Part shown: positions 1-12,671 of the stretch, piece by piece
Layout: every line of letters starts with the position of its first letter
Numbering within the stretch: position 1 is the first letter of the stretch
The notes under the pieces: generated by a model
What the model was told of the DNA's origin: nothing
The model's input: the letters and a program-made list of their open reading frames with translations, nothing else
Database searches by the model: none
Source: Nemertoderma westbladi
Lineage: Eukaryota; Animalia; Xenacoelomorpha
Direction: 5' to 3'
NCBI GenBank assembly: GCA_032718475.1
Contig: JAUCBJ010008777.1
Span: forward strand, 1 to 48,085
Length of the DNA stretch: 48,085 nucleotides
Made by a program: the position numbers and the translations under genes

Positions 1-307
1 TGTTTAGGCCGGTTAACAAGCCACAAAATTTGAGGGATCTATTTCGAAATGCAGGTTAGTGTTTAAATATTTGGCTAAATATATATTATATTCGTGTTTA
101 AATATTTAATTATATTATATTGACTTACATTGATTGTAAGCCATTAATTGCCGAACAGATACTGTATGGGAATGGTTTCTTGATGTGATTTCTATTTTAT
201 TATTGGTGTTCACCTCTTTTACTGTTTTTCCTGTGGTTTTTCCTGTGGGGCGAGTCAAAACTGCGAACTGCTTTAATTATACTATGGCCGTTTTCTAAAA
301 GTCTATG

Positions 308-334
308 TCTGTGTGTGTGTGTGTGTGTGTGTGT
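308..334. repeat. (GT)n microsatellite
   Basis: Direct gtgtgt run. Confidence 0.9.
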
Positions 335-2003
335 CGGATAATTATACAATGGCTAGTTATATTCAATACTGTAGTGGCTTCCGACACACACAATCACATG
401 AATGCATTCATACATTGCTTGTGCATACGCGCATATATTCCACATAAGCACCAGTTGATATGCCACATACGAGGTGTAAACGCTACGCCGACAACCGACT
501 ACCAACGCCGGCAACCATTATTAAAGCTAATTAATGTTATTTTTTAATTGAGGGAAAGGAACAGCTAACAGTGGAAGGTTATTCCAACCAAAACAAGTAA
601 GCGAGAGTCACGAACTCAGGGTACAATTTCATATTGGCGAATTAATATCCCGCCTCAATGTTAAATTCTCAATTTAGGGAAAGGAGCTGGTTACAGTGGC
701 ACGTTATTTTTACCAAAATAATAATCTAAGCACAATAGAACAGGTTACAGTTTTATTTTTTGAGAGTATTCAGCTATTATTTGCGTCCAATCTCCCCTGG
801 AGAGGGATGAATTTTTATTGCGTCCAGTTTCCCCCTATCTGTAATTCTCAAGTACAAACATAAAGGGGACGGACACGCATGGAGGGTGAGTATGGCGTTA
901 TTTATTACTACAGTAAAACAATGATATGATATGATATTAACATTGATATGAAATATTAATTCGCTGGGATGGGATTTGCGTCATGCCCCCCCCCCCCCCC
1001 CCCCCCCCCCCTGTCTCATAACTTTTAAGGCTATATCTAATTAGGTGAAAAATTACTCGCCTTATTGGGTTAATATTGTGTTCGGTGTTTGGAATCCTTG
1101 CTTGTCCGTCCAGATTTCAATAGGTACCAGCAAATCACTAAGTCGAAGGCCTAAGGATGAATAATAACTGGTGCAATATCGACGGAAACATTTTTTTAAA
1201 CGCTTGTAGCTAAATATTGAAAACGAAAATAAAAATTCTGGCTCACCCAGTCAGTGGTCGGGAGGTGAAACTATCTCTGTTTCAAATTTCATGGAATCTC
1301 ATTAAGATATTAATAAGTTTAAGTAGAAAAAATAGAGGAGCGGGTGGTGAGGGGAGGGGGATTCGTTTCACTGAATTACGCACGTTCTATTTCGGGGTAT
1401 GGCGTTGGCCTATATTAATTGCATTATATTAAATACGAGTGATAGAGATAAATATTGTATGACTTATATTTAATAATAATAGAAAGCTAATAAAAAAAAA
1501 CCTGCTAATCATTAAATATTTATAGAAATATCAAACAAATAAATATATACAGTATATATCGTAGACGCCGTACTGCAACTAACTACTACAAAACAAAAAC
1601 TATTTACAAACTTGAGTGTAAATTAGCACTTTACAGTGTGATGATCCGAGTGGCTTTGTTACACGAACGAACGTTAGTGAGTGAGTGAAAATAAAGCCAC
1701 GAGTATCAGAACACTGAAAGTACTGTATGTATGTATGTAGTTTTATTCCAAAATTTTACCATTACGAAATGATTGTATATATTAGGGATGTGCCGGATTG
1801 ACTATTTTCAAACCGGCCAGGCAGGAGCCGGATTTGTAAAAAAAATCTGGCCGGAATTCCGGCCAAGCCGGATTTTTTTATATATCACCACTTTTCCTTG
1901 AATCAGCTATATGGTACTATATGGTATATATGGTCAGCTATAACGCGCTGGATACTAACTGGCTTTGACTTTAATAAGAATTCAGAAGTAGATAAGTAAG
2001 TAT

Positions 2004-2264
2004 ATGTCCATTATCCAAACTAAACGGGACGAGAAGAGCGTTATGCGTTGGTTGGATGCAAAAAAGGAATCATTTCCTAATTTACAAATACTTGTACATA
2101 TATTTAGCATCACCAGCGTCTTCAATTTATTCCGAGCGAATATTTGTAGAGGCTGCGAGGCTGGTATTGTATTTGATGAGAACCGCTCTCGTCTACTTTC
2201 GGATGGTGGAGAGAAACTAATATTTTTGTACCATAACCTACGCCGATTTGATATAATGGATTGA
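2004..2264 (+). pseudogene. hAT transposase C-terminal dimerisation-domain remnant
   Basis: W...KKESFPNL...AGIVFDENRSRLLSDGGEKLIFLYHNL resembles the hAT dimerisation consensus; lies inside the hAT termini. Confidence 0.8.
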
Positions 2265-2346
2265 TTTGATAAATAAAGTGCAAATTGAAAAATAATAGAA
2301 CGAAGTAACAATAGCTGTAGTTTTTTTTATACACTCTGAGTTAAAT

Positions 2347-3012
2347 TGTGACGGGATCCTAAGATCCCGACCGGGTTAGATTTGTACGCGTCACCATTCT
2401 GCTAGGCAGTTGCACTGGGTCGGTTTGGCCGAAGGCCGTCGTGGAAAAATAGAGTTTCTGATTCTCAATATTTATACTCAGAACGATAATAGCACAATCA
2501 GTAAATCAGTGATGAATATCATGGTAAATCAGTAACAGCAGAAAATACAGATAATAATCGGTGGCGGTGACAGTCATAAACTATGACCGGTCTGCAACTC
2601 TGTAACTAATGAACTGACCGGTAAATCAGTAATGCAGAATAATATATGATTGATACACACAGATATTGGTTTCACCTCTTACTGTACTTGGCCCTCTGTA
2701 CCCAGTGGATGCTTTCCTATCTCTAATCACGTGCGTCCCTCCCTGCTATTGGCTAATATACTAATTGTCACTTTGGCACTCCCTGTGAGTGTTTCCCCCC
2801 GCTGCTAGCCTCTACTAGCTGTATTCCCTCCAAGGTGGTTTGACCTCTCACCTCTCTCTGTGGCTTTAGGGCTTGTGTCGCCCCCCCCCCCCCCCCCAAG
2901 TTGGTTATGAGGCGAGATTATTATTGGTAATCTCGTATCCCCAACTATATTGATAAAACGCCACTGGTCCCATTCTAAGGTGGATAATGTAACGGAATTG
3001 AATCCGCTTACA
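2347..3012. mobile_element. Solo LTR (666 bp) of a family unrelated to BEL-1/2
   Basis: Starts TGTGACGGGA, ends TCCGCTTACA (imperfect inverted TG..CA ends); 5-bp TSD TAAAT at 2342-2346 and 3013-3017. Confidence 0.75.
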
Positions 3013-3142
3013 TAAATTGGATTTACAAGTTTCTAAATCGCATCGAATATATAAACTGGTCGATCATTCACGGTCACGGTGGTAAGCTTAATATCAATTT
3101 AAAACAAACCTAGCTAGACCAAACATCAACGCTTGCGCACTG

Positions 3143-4348
3143 TGTAAAAGCTTTTGCGGATATAGCTAGTCATTTTCCCCTCAAAGTACTGTGTAGGTAT
3201 TTTAGTGGACATAAAAAGCCATTTTTCTTACTGTGTAGGTGTTTTAGCGGACATAAAAAGCCATTATTCTGTATGTGTACTTTAGCGGACATAACAAGCC
3301 ATTTTATGCCGCAATGCGTCAAAATACTCTTAATACAGTGTAGTTCAGATGACGACATCTATCAGCTGATATGTCGATGTGGAGCTTTTGGCTTTCTTTG
3401 TTCGGCTCGCTCGACCAATCAGAGCGATTTTCATTTTATCTTGTACAGAAGCCTACGGAAGATCGCGCAATGCATTACGGTCTTTGTTTACCTTTTTCCT
3501 GAGCCCAGAACATCGGCTTTGGAATTATTCTTAGTTTCAGACTTTAGCCAAACATTAGTAGGCTTTGATTATAGGAACGTATAACTGTTATCAAACCAAC
3601 ATACAAGTCATACTTCAACGAGTCACGCAAACTCAAGCAAACAAATCAACTCAATCTTTCACCGCATTATTTTACTGCTATTTACTGTCGGTTATTAATT
3701 GTTATCAGTTGATGAATATGTTGTTATATTTGGAGAATATCGATAAATAATCATAAAACCCCAATCTTCTTGATATACTGAAGGTAAGAGGGACCCGTTA
3801 CATATAGCAATTGCGACTTACATTATAGTGGTTTTGGAGTGAATTGAATGCTATTTCATAGACCCTACATGTGTCAGTTGCTGTTCTCCTTATATATGAC
3901 TAAAATTAGTGAAGGTCGGCAGATCAGTGTGCAGCAGTGTGCGGTAGTGTGCATGAGTGTGACAGATAACAAAGCATTTCCTAAAGAATGCTCTTTATAC
4001 GAAAATCAATAGCCATCCCGTTGTGTTTAGTGTAAGTCATAACTCTGTTTACATACTTAGAGCGCCACGTCCTAAAGGAACTGTTAATATTTCCCGAAAG
4101 TGAATAATATTTGTCAGAGATATTATAGTAACGATCAATCGAATAATACAGTAAGTCTACACTGCAATAAGGTCAGAGCATACGAATCCAGTCTCCCTTA
4201 ACCGTGGGTGAATGGTCGCGCATAGGCTGGCTTCGGCTAATGTAACTTTATGTGTATCAAATACTTGTTATAGGCTAAAGTCGATTTATAAACTAGAAGA
4301 CACCTAAAATTGGCAGGTTAAACTGCTAAAGGTCTAAAAGCGCGAACA
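3143..4348 (+). repeat. BEL-1 5' LTR (1206 bp)
   Basis: TGTAAAAGCTT...GCGCGAACA; 3342-4348 repeated at 16167-17172; ~42-bp tandem repeats at ~3187-3307. Confidence 0.92.
3415..3431 (+). promoter_or_regulatory. Conserved CCAAT-box-containing LTR motif
   Basis: CCAATCAGAGCGATTTT is identical in the diverged BEL-2 LTR (minus strand 20933-20949). Promoter role is inferred. Confidence 0.5.
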
Positions 4349-6264
4349 ATAACAATTATAGTTTCTTTATTGCAACGTAGGCAATAAAGGCAAAAGTACT
4401 GGTCGACCGGTAAGCTGTAGGCCTAACTGCCCAACTGCCCGAACCGGTACTTACAGGTACAGCAGTATTATTCGATTTTGATAATTATATGCCGGTAGGT
4501 CTTGATATTTAATCAGGGACGGCCGCCCTGGTTTTTTATTGGGATTTTACTTATTTCTGTCAGTTTTATTTATTTGTAAGTTAATATTGAGCAGAAGGCG
4601 TGTAAGCCTGCGCAGATTGTACAGGTAATTTGTAAGCTGGATTGTTGTCTGGCTGTTGTCAGGTCTGAAGAGATTGCAGTGTGTGTAGAGTGTATGTCCG
4701 ATAAAGTACTAGTTAGGAACGTGGGGGCATCCAGTGCTGTAAGGTGAATCCCCCCCCCCCCCCCGAAAGAATAAGTCGTACTACTCAGTTAGAACGCATA
4801 CTAACTAACCATTTCGGAGTCTGCATATACTGTAGTTTATTTAGGCTTGATAGTAGTCTGCCAGCATTTGGTTTGTATTTTGTTTGTGTAGTCTGTACGG
4901 GTAGCGTAATATTTATTATTCAGAGTTTATGCGATTATTCGCAACATACATACCCCAAGTTTATTCCTACAGTAATTGTGCTTGTTATACATACCGTTAT
5001 AGTTAAATTAACCCCGGTACTACATCAGGGCTGTTCGGCGTATGTAAAGACTGGTGATTTTATGCTCTGGTCACTCCGGCAGATACCGTGGTTCTTTTAA
5101 CTGTACAAGTATTTTTAACTGCTGGTTATTTGTTGTATAAGTACTTGTACCTAATTTAGGGTTTAGTGTACAGTGCTTTCCGAAGGTAATTAGTGTGTAG
5201 GCAGTATATTTGTGTTATAAAGTGGTTAATAGGCACGTTGGCTCTGGTTGGCTGCGGTAATTAACTTCTAGGTAGGGACATTCCGGGTACATAACGTAGT
5301 ACTTATAGAGCTGTAAAGCTAGAGACTATAAGTCGTCAGACGGTGGTATTTTCCTATCTGGACAACGCAATATATTTACTACTGCTTTATTATTTTCAAA
5401 TACCGTAGAATCCTGTCCGTTTGTAATAACCAGAAATTCTAACCCCTTGTTAGGCTGGTTTGTAGACTTCTTGTAAAATTACCCCTAAAATTTGTACGTG
5501 TAATATTTTGTGTTTATTTAGAGATTGTAATCTCACCCCTTAATTATACGTAATTTGTAGTAATAAGTAACTTAGTAAATTAGAATTATTTGTTTTAGTA
5601 TCCAATAAGTAGCACTACACTGAGAGTGTTCAGCTTCTGTGAAGTGACTCCTTACCTAGAAATAATAACATTTATTTCAAATATTGTAACAAAACCCATT
5701 AAACGGGTATATATATATTATAAATCAACTCAAACCGATTTATAAAATAGTGGGCCTGTCATCCATCAATTAGGTCTTAATATCAGTTGGACTACTGCTT
5801 AATAACAGTAACAAAGTAAAGAAAGGTAACCCTAAAATTCAGAAATTCAGTTATTATAAAATAATTGACATACCGGTATTTACGATAGGCTTATTATATT
5901 TATTTCTATAAATTTATACTGAAATTATATACCGGTATTCTGTAATTAATTTTATGTCTATAATTATACTTATATATACTATAAGTGTAAGCTAAGCTGT
6001 ATACTGGTATTCACAGTAGGCTTATTATATATATATATATATTTGCGCTGAAATTATATACCGGTATTCTGTGACGAAACCTAGTCTGTAATAATACTTA
6101 TATATACTATAAGTGTATACCGGTATTCTAATATATTGTATATATAACATGTTACACTGAGTAACGGTATCGGTAATTAATTACTAGGCTTATAGTTGAT
6201 ACTGAATTACTAGACTTGCTTTAACTGTAGTTATAGTAGTAAGCATTCAACTGTACAAACAAAC

Positions 6265-9200
6265 ATGGCTGACACAAAGCAAAATCTGTCAGACAGTCTC
6301 CTAGATAAAACAATCTGTGATCCAGATAGGAGTGCGGAACGTTTGAGACCGAAGTTCAACTACCCTCCTACTGTAAGAAAGGTCATCCCTCCAGTAGTAG
6401 TATCAGACCCTAGGCTAGTTAAACACAGTAGGTCTATCATAGGCACTCGGGCTCAAGTCAAGCGGGACCAAGAGGCAGCTGTTAAACAACAGCAACACTC
6501 GAACCGAGAACTTATTTCCCAGTGGCCCGATAGCTCCAGTAGTTCAGATACTGTAGAGTTGACACCCGAGCGCGGAGCAAAGATGGCAGAAGCAGTTTAT
6601 TCGGATCCACTTCTCATTCTTCCTGAAGCCGTACTCACTAGAGTATTGATTGCGGTGGAGGAACATCAAATGGATTGGGCGAGAAGTAAGCGATCGACCA
6701 AGGACAGTTATGCGGGATACACGAAGGAAGAACTGAAGTCTATTGTCGAGACGCAATGGAATTTCCCCGGACCCGGACTCCCATTTAACTTATCGGAAGC
6801 TGCCTGGGAGGACTTATACAGGATGGGAGTGGTAAGGGACATTAGTGATCCAGCTGTATGGAAGAGGTCGGCAGCAGGATATGTACAGGGATTCTTCAGC
6901 TCTTTGGAGTGATTAGAGGAACAACTGTTTCAACAACACCAAGGACCTCAAGAGCAGGGAGAGCTGCTTTATCAAGTTCGAGTAAGAATCCTAAGAATCA
7001 GACTCCTATCAGCCTTTGAGGAAGCTTCGAAGAGAACCCAAGGCACGTCGTTGCAAGTTGCCGTCAAGACTTGGTTCCAACAGGTGAGTCTCAAGGTTCA
7101 AGGAACGACCCAGTGGAAAATTCAGCTAACTGAGCGCTCGACCCATGGAGAATCAACAGACGCTACCTTTTCTCAAGTGGAAAGCTAAGCGACAGCAGAG
7201 AAACATCAGAAGAAGGACGCTATTGACATCTATCTGTCGGACTATCAACGATTTCTAGGTGACGAAGAGTTGAGGAGACGGCTGGCTGGACTTCGTCCTA
7301 ATAGTGAAGGAGCCAAGTTTGTGTTGGACGCATTAGATGCAGAAATGTTAGCTGCGAACCAAGCTAAATTTGATGAAAGCAGCCGCATCGCTAGGGTCCA
7401 AGAAGAACAAGTAAAAAAAAAACATATAGAAGACAGAAAGACAGCAGCAGCGGCAGCGGCAGAGGCAGAAGCGGAAAGAAAAGCGGCAGAAGTGGAAAGA
7501 AAAGCGGCAGTGGCAGCGGCAGAAGCAGAAAGAAAAGCAGCAGAGGCAGCGGCAGAAGCGGAAAGAAAAGCGGCAGAAGTGGAAAGAAAAGCGGCAGTGG
7601 CAGTGGCAGAAGTGGAAAGAAAAGCGGCAGTGGCAGCGGCAGAAGCGGAAAGAAAAGCGGCAGAAGCGGAAAGAAAGATAGCAGTGGCAGAAGCAGAACG
7701 GAGAGCGTCTGAAGAGACCATCCAACTAGAGTTGGAAAATCTGCAAGAGAAGCAAGACTACATAGATAAACAGAGAACAGCTACTCAGTGGCAGATGATA
7801 AGTCGATCCACCCCCAAGCGACAGGGCTTTACATCATCGGATGAAGGCGATACAACAGATCCTAAATGCCCCACCGTCAGAAATTGCCTAATTTGCCCCC
7901 AGCTGTGAGAAGGCAACTAGCTAGCACAGACTTAGGTAGTACAGAACCCACAGACCAAATTATTAGAGTAAAAAGACTCCCTACTATAGTAGATGAGCCT
8001 GAAATAATTAGGCCTGTTCTAGAAGCTACCCCCTCTGTGATAGAGACCCCTGTACTTCCAGAACCCAACTCTAAATTCCCTTTGCACAGCACTAAATTAC
8101 CTGTGCCCAGCAGAACAGCCCCTGGGACAGTTCCTGTCCTGGACTCCGAGCGAAATATCAACGATTTGTCGCCCATTGTCCCTCGTCTACCCGCTACTGT
8201 GTTGGCGACTCCCGCTTCGGCGGTCGAGTGGGTGGATGAGGGGCGGCGGGGGATGAATCTCCTGCTCGGGCAGATGCAGGAGACTGTTCAACAATTCAAG
8301 GGAACAGTAAGGGAAAGTAGGTTTGAGTTGCAAGAAGTGCAGCAGAATATCGCGTTAGAACGCGATAAATTAGTAAATATACAAAAGGGTATACCACCAC
8401 ACCCTGTAACAATGTGTCAACCTGTTAGGTCTGAAGTATTTCATGCGCAAGGTGTGGAGCCTACACGCATCTACACTGCTAGTGAAGTAGAAACTCCTAT
8501 AGTAAACCCTATTAAGGGTAATTATAAACCTGTTGACAATGATATTCCATATAGATCTGATCCTAATCCGAGAAATTTATATACCGATAACTCGATATTA
8601 AATAATACGATGGCCCAAGAAAGTTTTACGCGTCAAATGGCTAGAACCGAAGCCCGTCAAGCGGTAAAGGTGGGAGAGATCGTCAAGTTCAATGGAGATG
8701 AGATGAAATGGTTACCTTTTAATGAATATTACAAAGATAACATACAGAACTCTGTACTATCTAACGGAGAGAAACTTAAATTCCTCATCGAGTGTTTGGA
8801 AGGACCTCCCAAGTTAATGGCGTTAAAGTTTATTGGACATCCAGAAGGATTAAGACAAGTTTGGGATACACTAAACATCAGGTATGGTAATAGGAATAAC
8901 ATAGCTAGGTATTTGTATGCAAAATTGGTAGCGCCCCGAAAGTTCATTAGCAGCGGGATTATAGAGTTTTCCGATGAGATTCAGGAGATCTGTAGACAAT
9001 TAGATTGGCTAGGTAAGTCTCATGAATATCAGAGTTCTATGGTTATTGGAGCCGTAGCATCTACTTTGCCAAAGGGTGGAGTAGGTACACGCTGGGACAA
9101 GAAAGTGTTATATATGATGGAACAACAACGAAGAGACCCTACCATGGCTGATCTCATGTCATTCTTAGATGGAGAGGTAAAATTACAGCTCCTAAAGCAG

Positions 9201-10130
9201 TCCAGAGAGAAGACACCGGAAAATAAGGTAAGTGAGAAAACCGTTTCTAGGAGAAAGGTAACACCAGTGTGTTATACAGATGACGGTGAAAGCCAGGCCT
9301 CTCAAGAGGAGGACAACGGGAAAGACACCGCAAGATCTTACTATGTCAACAAAGCAACTAAAGACGTAAGTAAATTTAAGTCTCAAACTAGTGACAGGAG
9401 AGAACAGGTAACAAAAACTCCTCCTACGTCTCCTAAGAGAGTTCATGGAAGAAAGCCCGAGGAAAGAACGAGTGTGCACAACATTACCCAAGGTAAAGTA
9501 AGTAACATCAAACCAAAATGTGCATTGTGCGACGGGCCCCACCGTTTAAGTGTGTGTGATGAATTCTTAAAGAAATCCTTAAAGGATAGACGCGAAGTCA
9601 TGTGGGATAAGCGATTGTGTTATAATTGCCTCAGACAAGGACACCAATGGCGAACCTGTTACTCCGACGCGAGGTGTGCTAAGTGCGGCGCGAAACATCA
9701 TATCTTGCTGCACACCGAATTCGAAAGAAACAGCCCGAGTCAGGAAAGTGAGCCCGAACTACATGTCCAATTCAGTGATGTGAACGACACTGACCAAAGT
9801 TCTGAGATGGAAGGATTCTACACGGATGAATTCTCCGACGAAAACGAATCCTGTTACCTAATAAACACCGCAGTGTATCGAGCACTTACGTATGAGACTG
9901 AAACCGATAGTGAGCTCCCCCTAACTATTCCTGACCGACAACCATCTTGGAAAGCGCCAACTTCCAACGTAGGAATCCGAGAATTTCCCGTAGTGCAGTT
10001 GAGAGTCCACGGGTTAGAAAAGAACTATATAGTGAATGCCCTCCTTGACTCCGGCAGCACAGGAACATTCATCGACAAAGAACTAGCCGAAGACATCTTT
10101 GCTGGACAACAAAGTTCCGAACTAAGTTGA
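6265..10130 (+). pseudogene. gag: BEL-1 gag-protease, disrupted by stops and frameshifts
   Basis: ORFs 6265-6912, 7270-7908, 7866-10130; KFNGD..W..F / LSNGEKLKFL..CLEG (BEL gag core); CALCDGPHRLSVC, CYNCLRQGHQWRTC, CAKCGAKHHILLH; protease ALLDSGSTGTFI. Confidence 0.9.
7440..7705 (+). repeat. Coding minisatellite encoding an Ala/Glu/Arg/Lys helix (AAEAERK-like units)
   Basis: Repeated gcggcagaagcggaaagaaaa units in ORF 7270-7908. Confidence 0.9.
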
Positions 10131-12671
10131 ACCTTTCAGGAATTATGCAGGTTTGGATATCTACAGTAGCTACAGACTACTATTTAGGTGCGTTGTCCAC
10201 CCTCCAGGATGAACTAGGAGAACACAGTATAAGGTCAGTAAAAATGGTGGCGATAAAGAACTTCACTACCAGCCAAGTGGAACCTTATAACTGGGATGAA
10301 GACGATTTCACCCAGCAGCATGAGATACCTAGATTCAACACCGACTACCCAGGGGTACAAATACTCATCGGCCAAAATGTGCATGAGGCGCTTGAGACAT
10401 TAGAGAAACGGCCTGCTCGACTGCAACCATTGCAAACCTATGCGGGAAGAACAAGAGTAGGTTGGTACTTCACTGGACCTTCCCGTAGGACACTCATGGA
10501 AAGGCTACCCAAAGATCAGGTCCATCAGGTGAGTGAAAGGGAAGAAGACATCAGTGAGGGAGAGACAACCACAACTGAGGGAACACCATACTCCTCAGAT
10601 AATGACGATATTAACTCTAATGTAGATCAATGGAGACATTGCCTTGGGACGATTAATCCAGCCGACATCGCTTCCAGAGGAGCAACTCCTCAAGAACTGA
10701 TAGATACTCCAGACTGGTTGAGTGGACCCGACTTCCTAAGTAAAGAAGAAGATGAATGGCCTCCTCATCTCACCACGGCTGAGATTAGACAAGCCAAGGG
10801 AGCGGAGAAAGTCAAACCTAAAACACGGACGAGTAAATCAAAGTTATTTAAACCTGCGATAGATCTGTCTGTACTACACATTTCCGGAGACGATGCTTTG
10901 GATCCACAATTCCCCGCCTCTAATAAGTCTGTTGTGGAAATCAGAGATTGGAAATCTGGAACTCCAGATGTCTCGCAGGGACTCTCACCAATCCTGCAGA
11001 GAGCGATTCATCACTATAGCTCCTGGAATCGACTTTGTAAGGCCGTTGCTTATTTAAAGCGATGTTTTCATCATCACTACTCCAGGATGAAGATCGCTCC
11101 ACCGATCAGTGATACCGCTCCACCAACATCTGCGCACGTCCATGTTGTTAAAGATCTTCCCAAATATCAGAAAGATTTCTGAAGGAGAAAATCAGCTACC
11201 AGGAGCATGAAGAAACCAATAAGCAGATACTGAGACTCCTGCAATGCTATGAGGATTCCGATAAGTATTTCCTGTTGTTGAGAAATCCACAGATGCGCTT
11301 AAGGGATCGTTTCTCTAGCACAATGATAGATGGGTTGATACGTGTTGGAGGAAGACTAACTAATGCTCCATTATCCTTTGACACTAAGTTTCCCATACTC
11401 ATTAGAAATCTTGAAATACAAATCAAGATGATTGTAGATGTTCACAGTAAGCTTTACCATAAGAACGAGTTCGTAAGAACGTAGAGAACGAGTTCTTAGC
11501 GAAATTCGAACTCGCTATTATTTTCATAAACCCCATAGAGCTCTGAACCAAGTTCTTAGGAACTGCATACCCTGTAGGAAAGCATTCAGTAGGCCTTTAA
11601 CACAGCGAGAGGCAGAATTACCTAGGGAACGAGTAAGCTTCTATGAACCACCCTTTACTAATACCGGTGTGGATTTATTTGGCCCTATTGAAGTATATCA
11701 TGCTAGGACTATAGTCAAGAGATGGTGTGTCATCTTTGTCTGTATGACTTGTAGAGCTATCCATCTAGATATGGTGAACGATCTATCTACCAACAGCTTC
11801 ATACTGAGCTTACGCCGACAGATCGCTCGCTTTGGAACTAGTAATATGATGAGATCTGATAAGGGAACGAACTTCATTGGCGCCAACAATGAAATCAAGG
11901 CTTACGTCAAAGATTGGAACCAAAGACAGGTGGACGATCAGCTAAGGGTAACAGCATCTAGCTGGACCTTCAACGCCGCCGACGCCCCTTGGTGGGGAGG
12001 AAGTTGGGAGAGATTAATCAGGAGCGTGAAGACCGCATTTCACTTTATAGTGCCATGCCACGCGTATCTCACCGATGAACTTTTGCGGACATTAATGGAG
12101 GAAATCGCTGCCTATCTCAACGAGAGACCACTTATGCCAGTCTCATCGAGTCCCGATTCCCTAGAAGCGCTAACACCCGCGCACTTCCTACTGAAGAAAC
12201 CTGTAGCCATGCTCCCACGATCGGAAATCACCGACGGAGACGAATACTGCCGGCAAACTTGGCAACTTATGCAGTTGTTATCCCGTCGTTTCGCTGACCA
12301 TTTCGAAAAAACATTATCTGCCGACGCTACAACTTCGAACCAAGTGGTTTGCGCAGCAAGAAAACGTCAGCGCCGGAGACATGGTCCTTATTGTGGATAC
12401 AGATCTTCCACGTAAGCGGTGGCAGACAGGTCGTATCATCGAGACTCATATCTCAGATGACGGTTTGGTGCGATCGGTAGAACTCGTCGTCATGCGACGT
12501 AACTTTAAGAAACCGGGAATTGTCTTCGAGACACACCAGCTCAATCGCCCAGTTGGTCGTTTATGTTTACTGGAAAGAGACAAAGAACTCTCCGGAAACT
12601 ATGGAAGGCAAGATACTCTTCCCACGACCACCTCCCTAATCCAACAAACATCTAGGGACTCCCCAACGTAA
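10127..12671 (+). pseudogene. pol: BEL-1 pol remnant: protease tail fused to RNase H tail, then integrase and C-terminal domain, frameshifted
   Basis: RTRVGWYFTGP followed within ~50 aa by QWRHCLGTINPADIASRG; GLIRVGGRL; DLFGP, SDKGTNF, APWWGGSWERLIRSVK (BEL integrase); WQTGRIIE..SDDGLVRSV. No YxDD. Confidence 0.9.

Noticed and set aside
545-720. Diverged ~125-bp-period direct repeat
   Set aside because: Only two degenerate copies with no boundaries; cannot be classified.
3273-3750. Short ORFs recurring in LTRs (also 16122-16409, 20515-20742, 31283-31510, 35831-36473)
   Set aside because: They recur only because the LTRs are duplicated and are not conserved between BEL-1 and BEL-2.
4400-4415. 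TGGTCGACCGG as the BEL-1 PBS
   Set aside because: About 50 nt from the LTR, and the TGG is not conserved in BEL-2.
7245-7725. Cys/Phe/Arg-rich and Ala-rich antisense ORFs (also 27547-28040)
   Set aside because: Shadow frames of the gag coding repeat.
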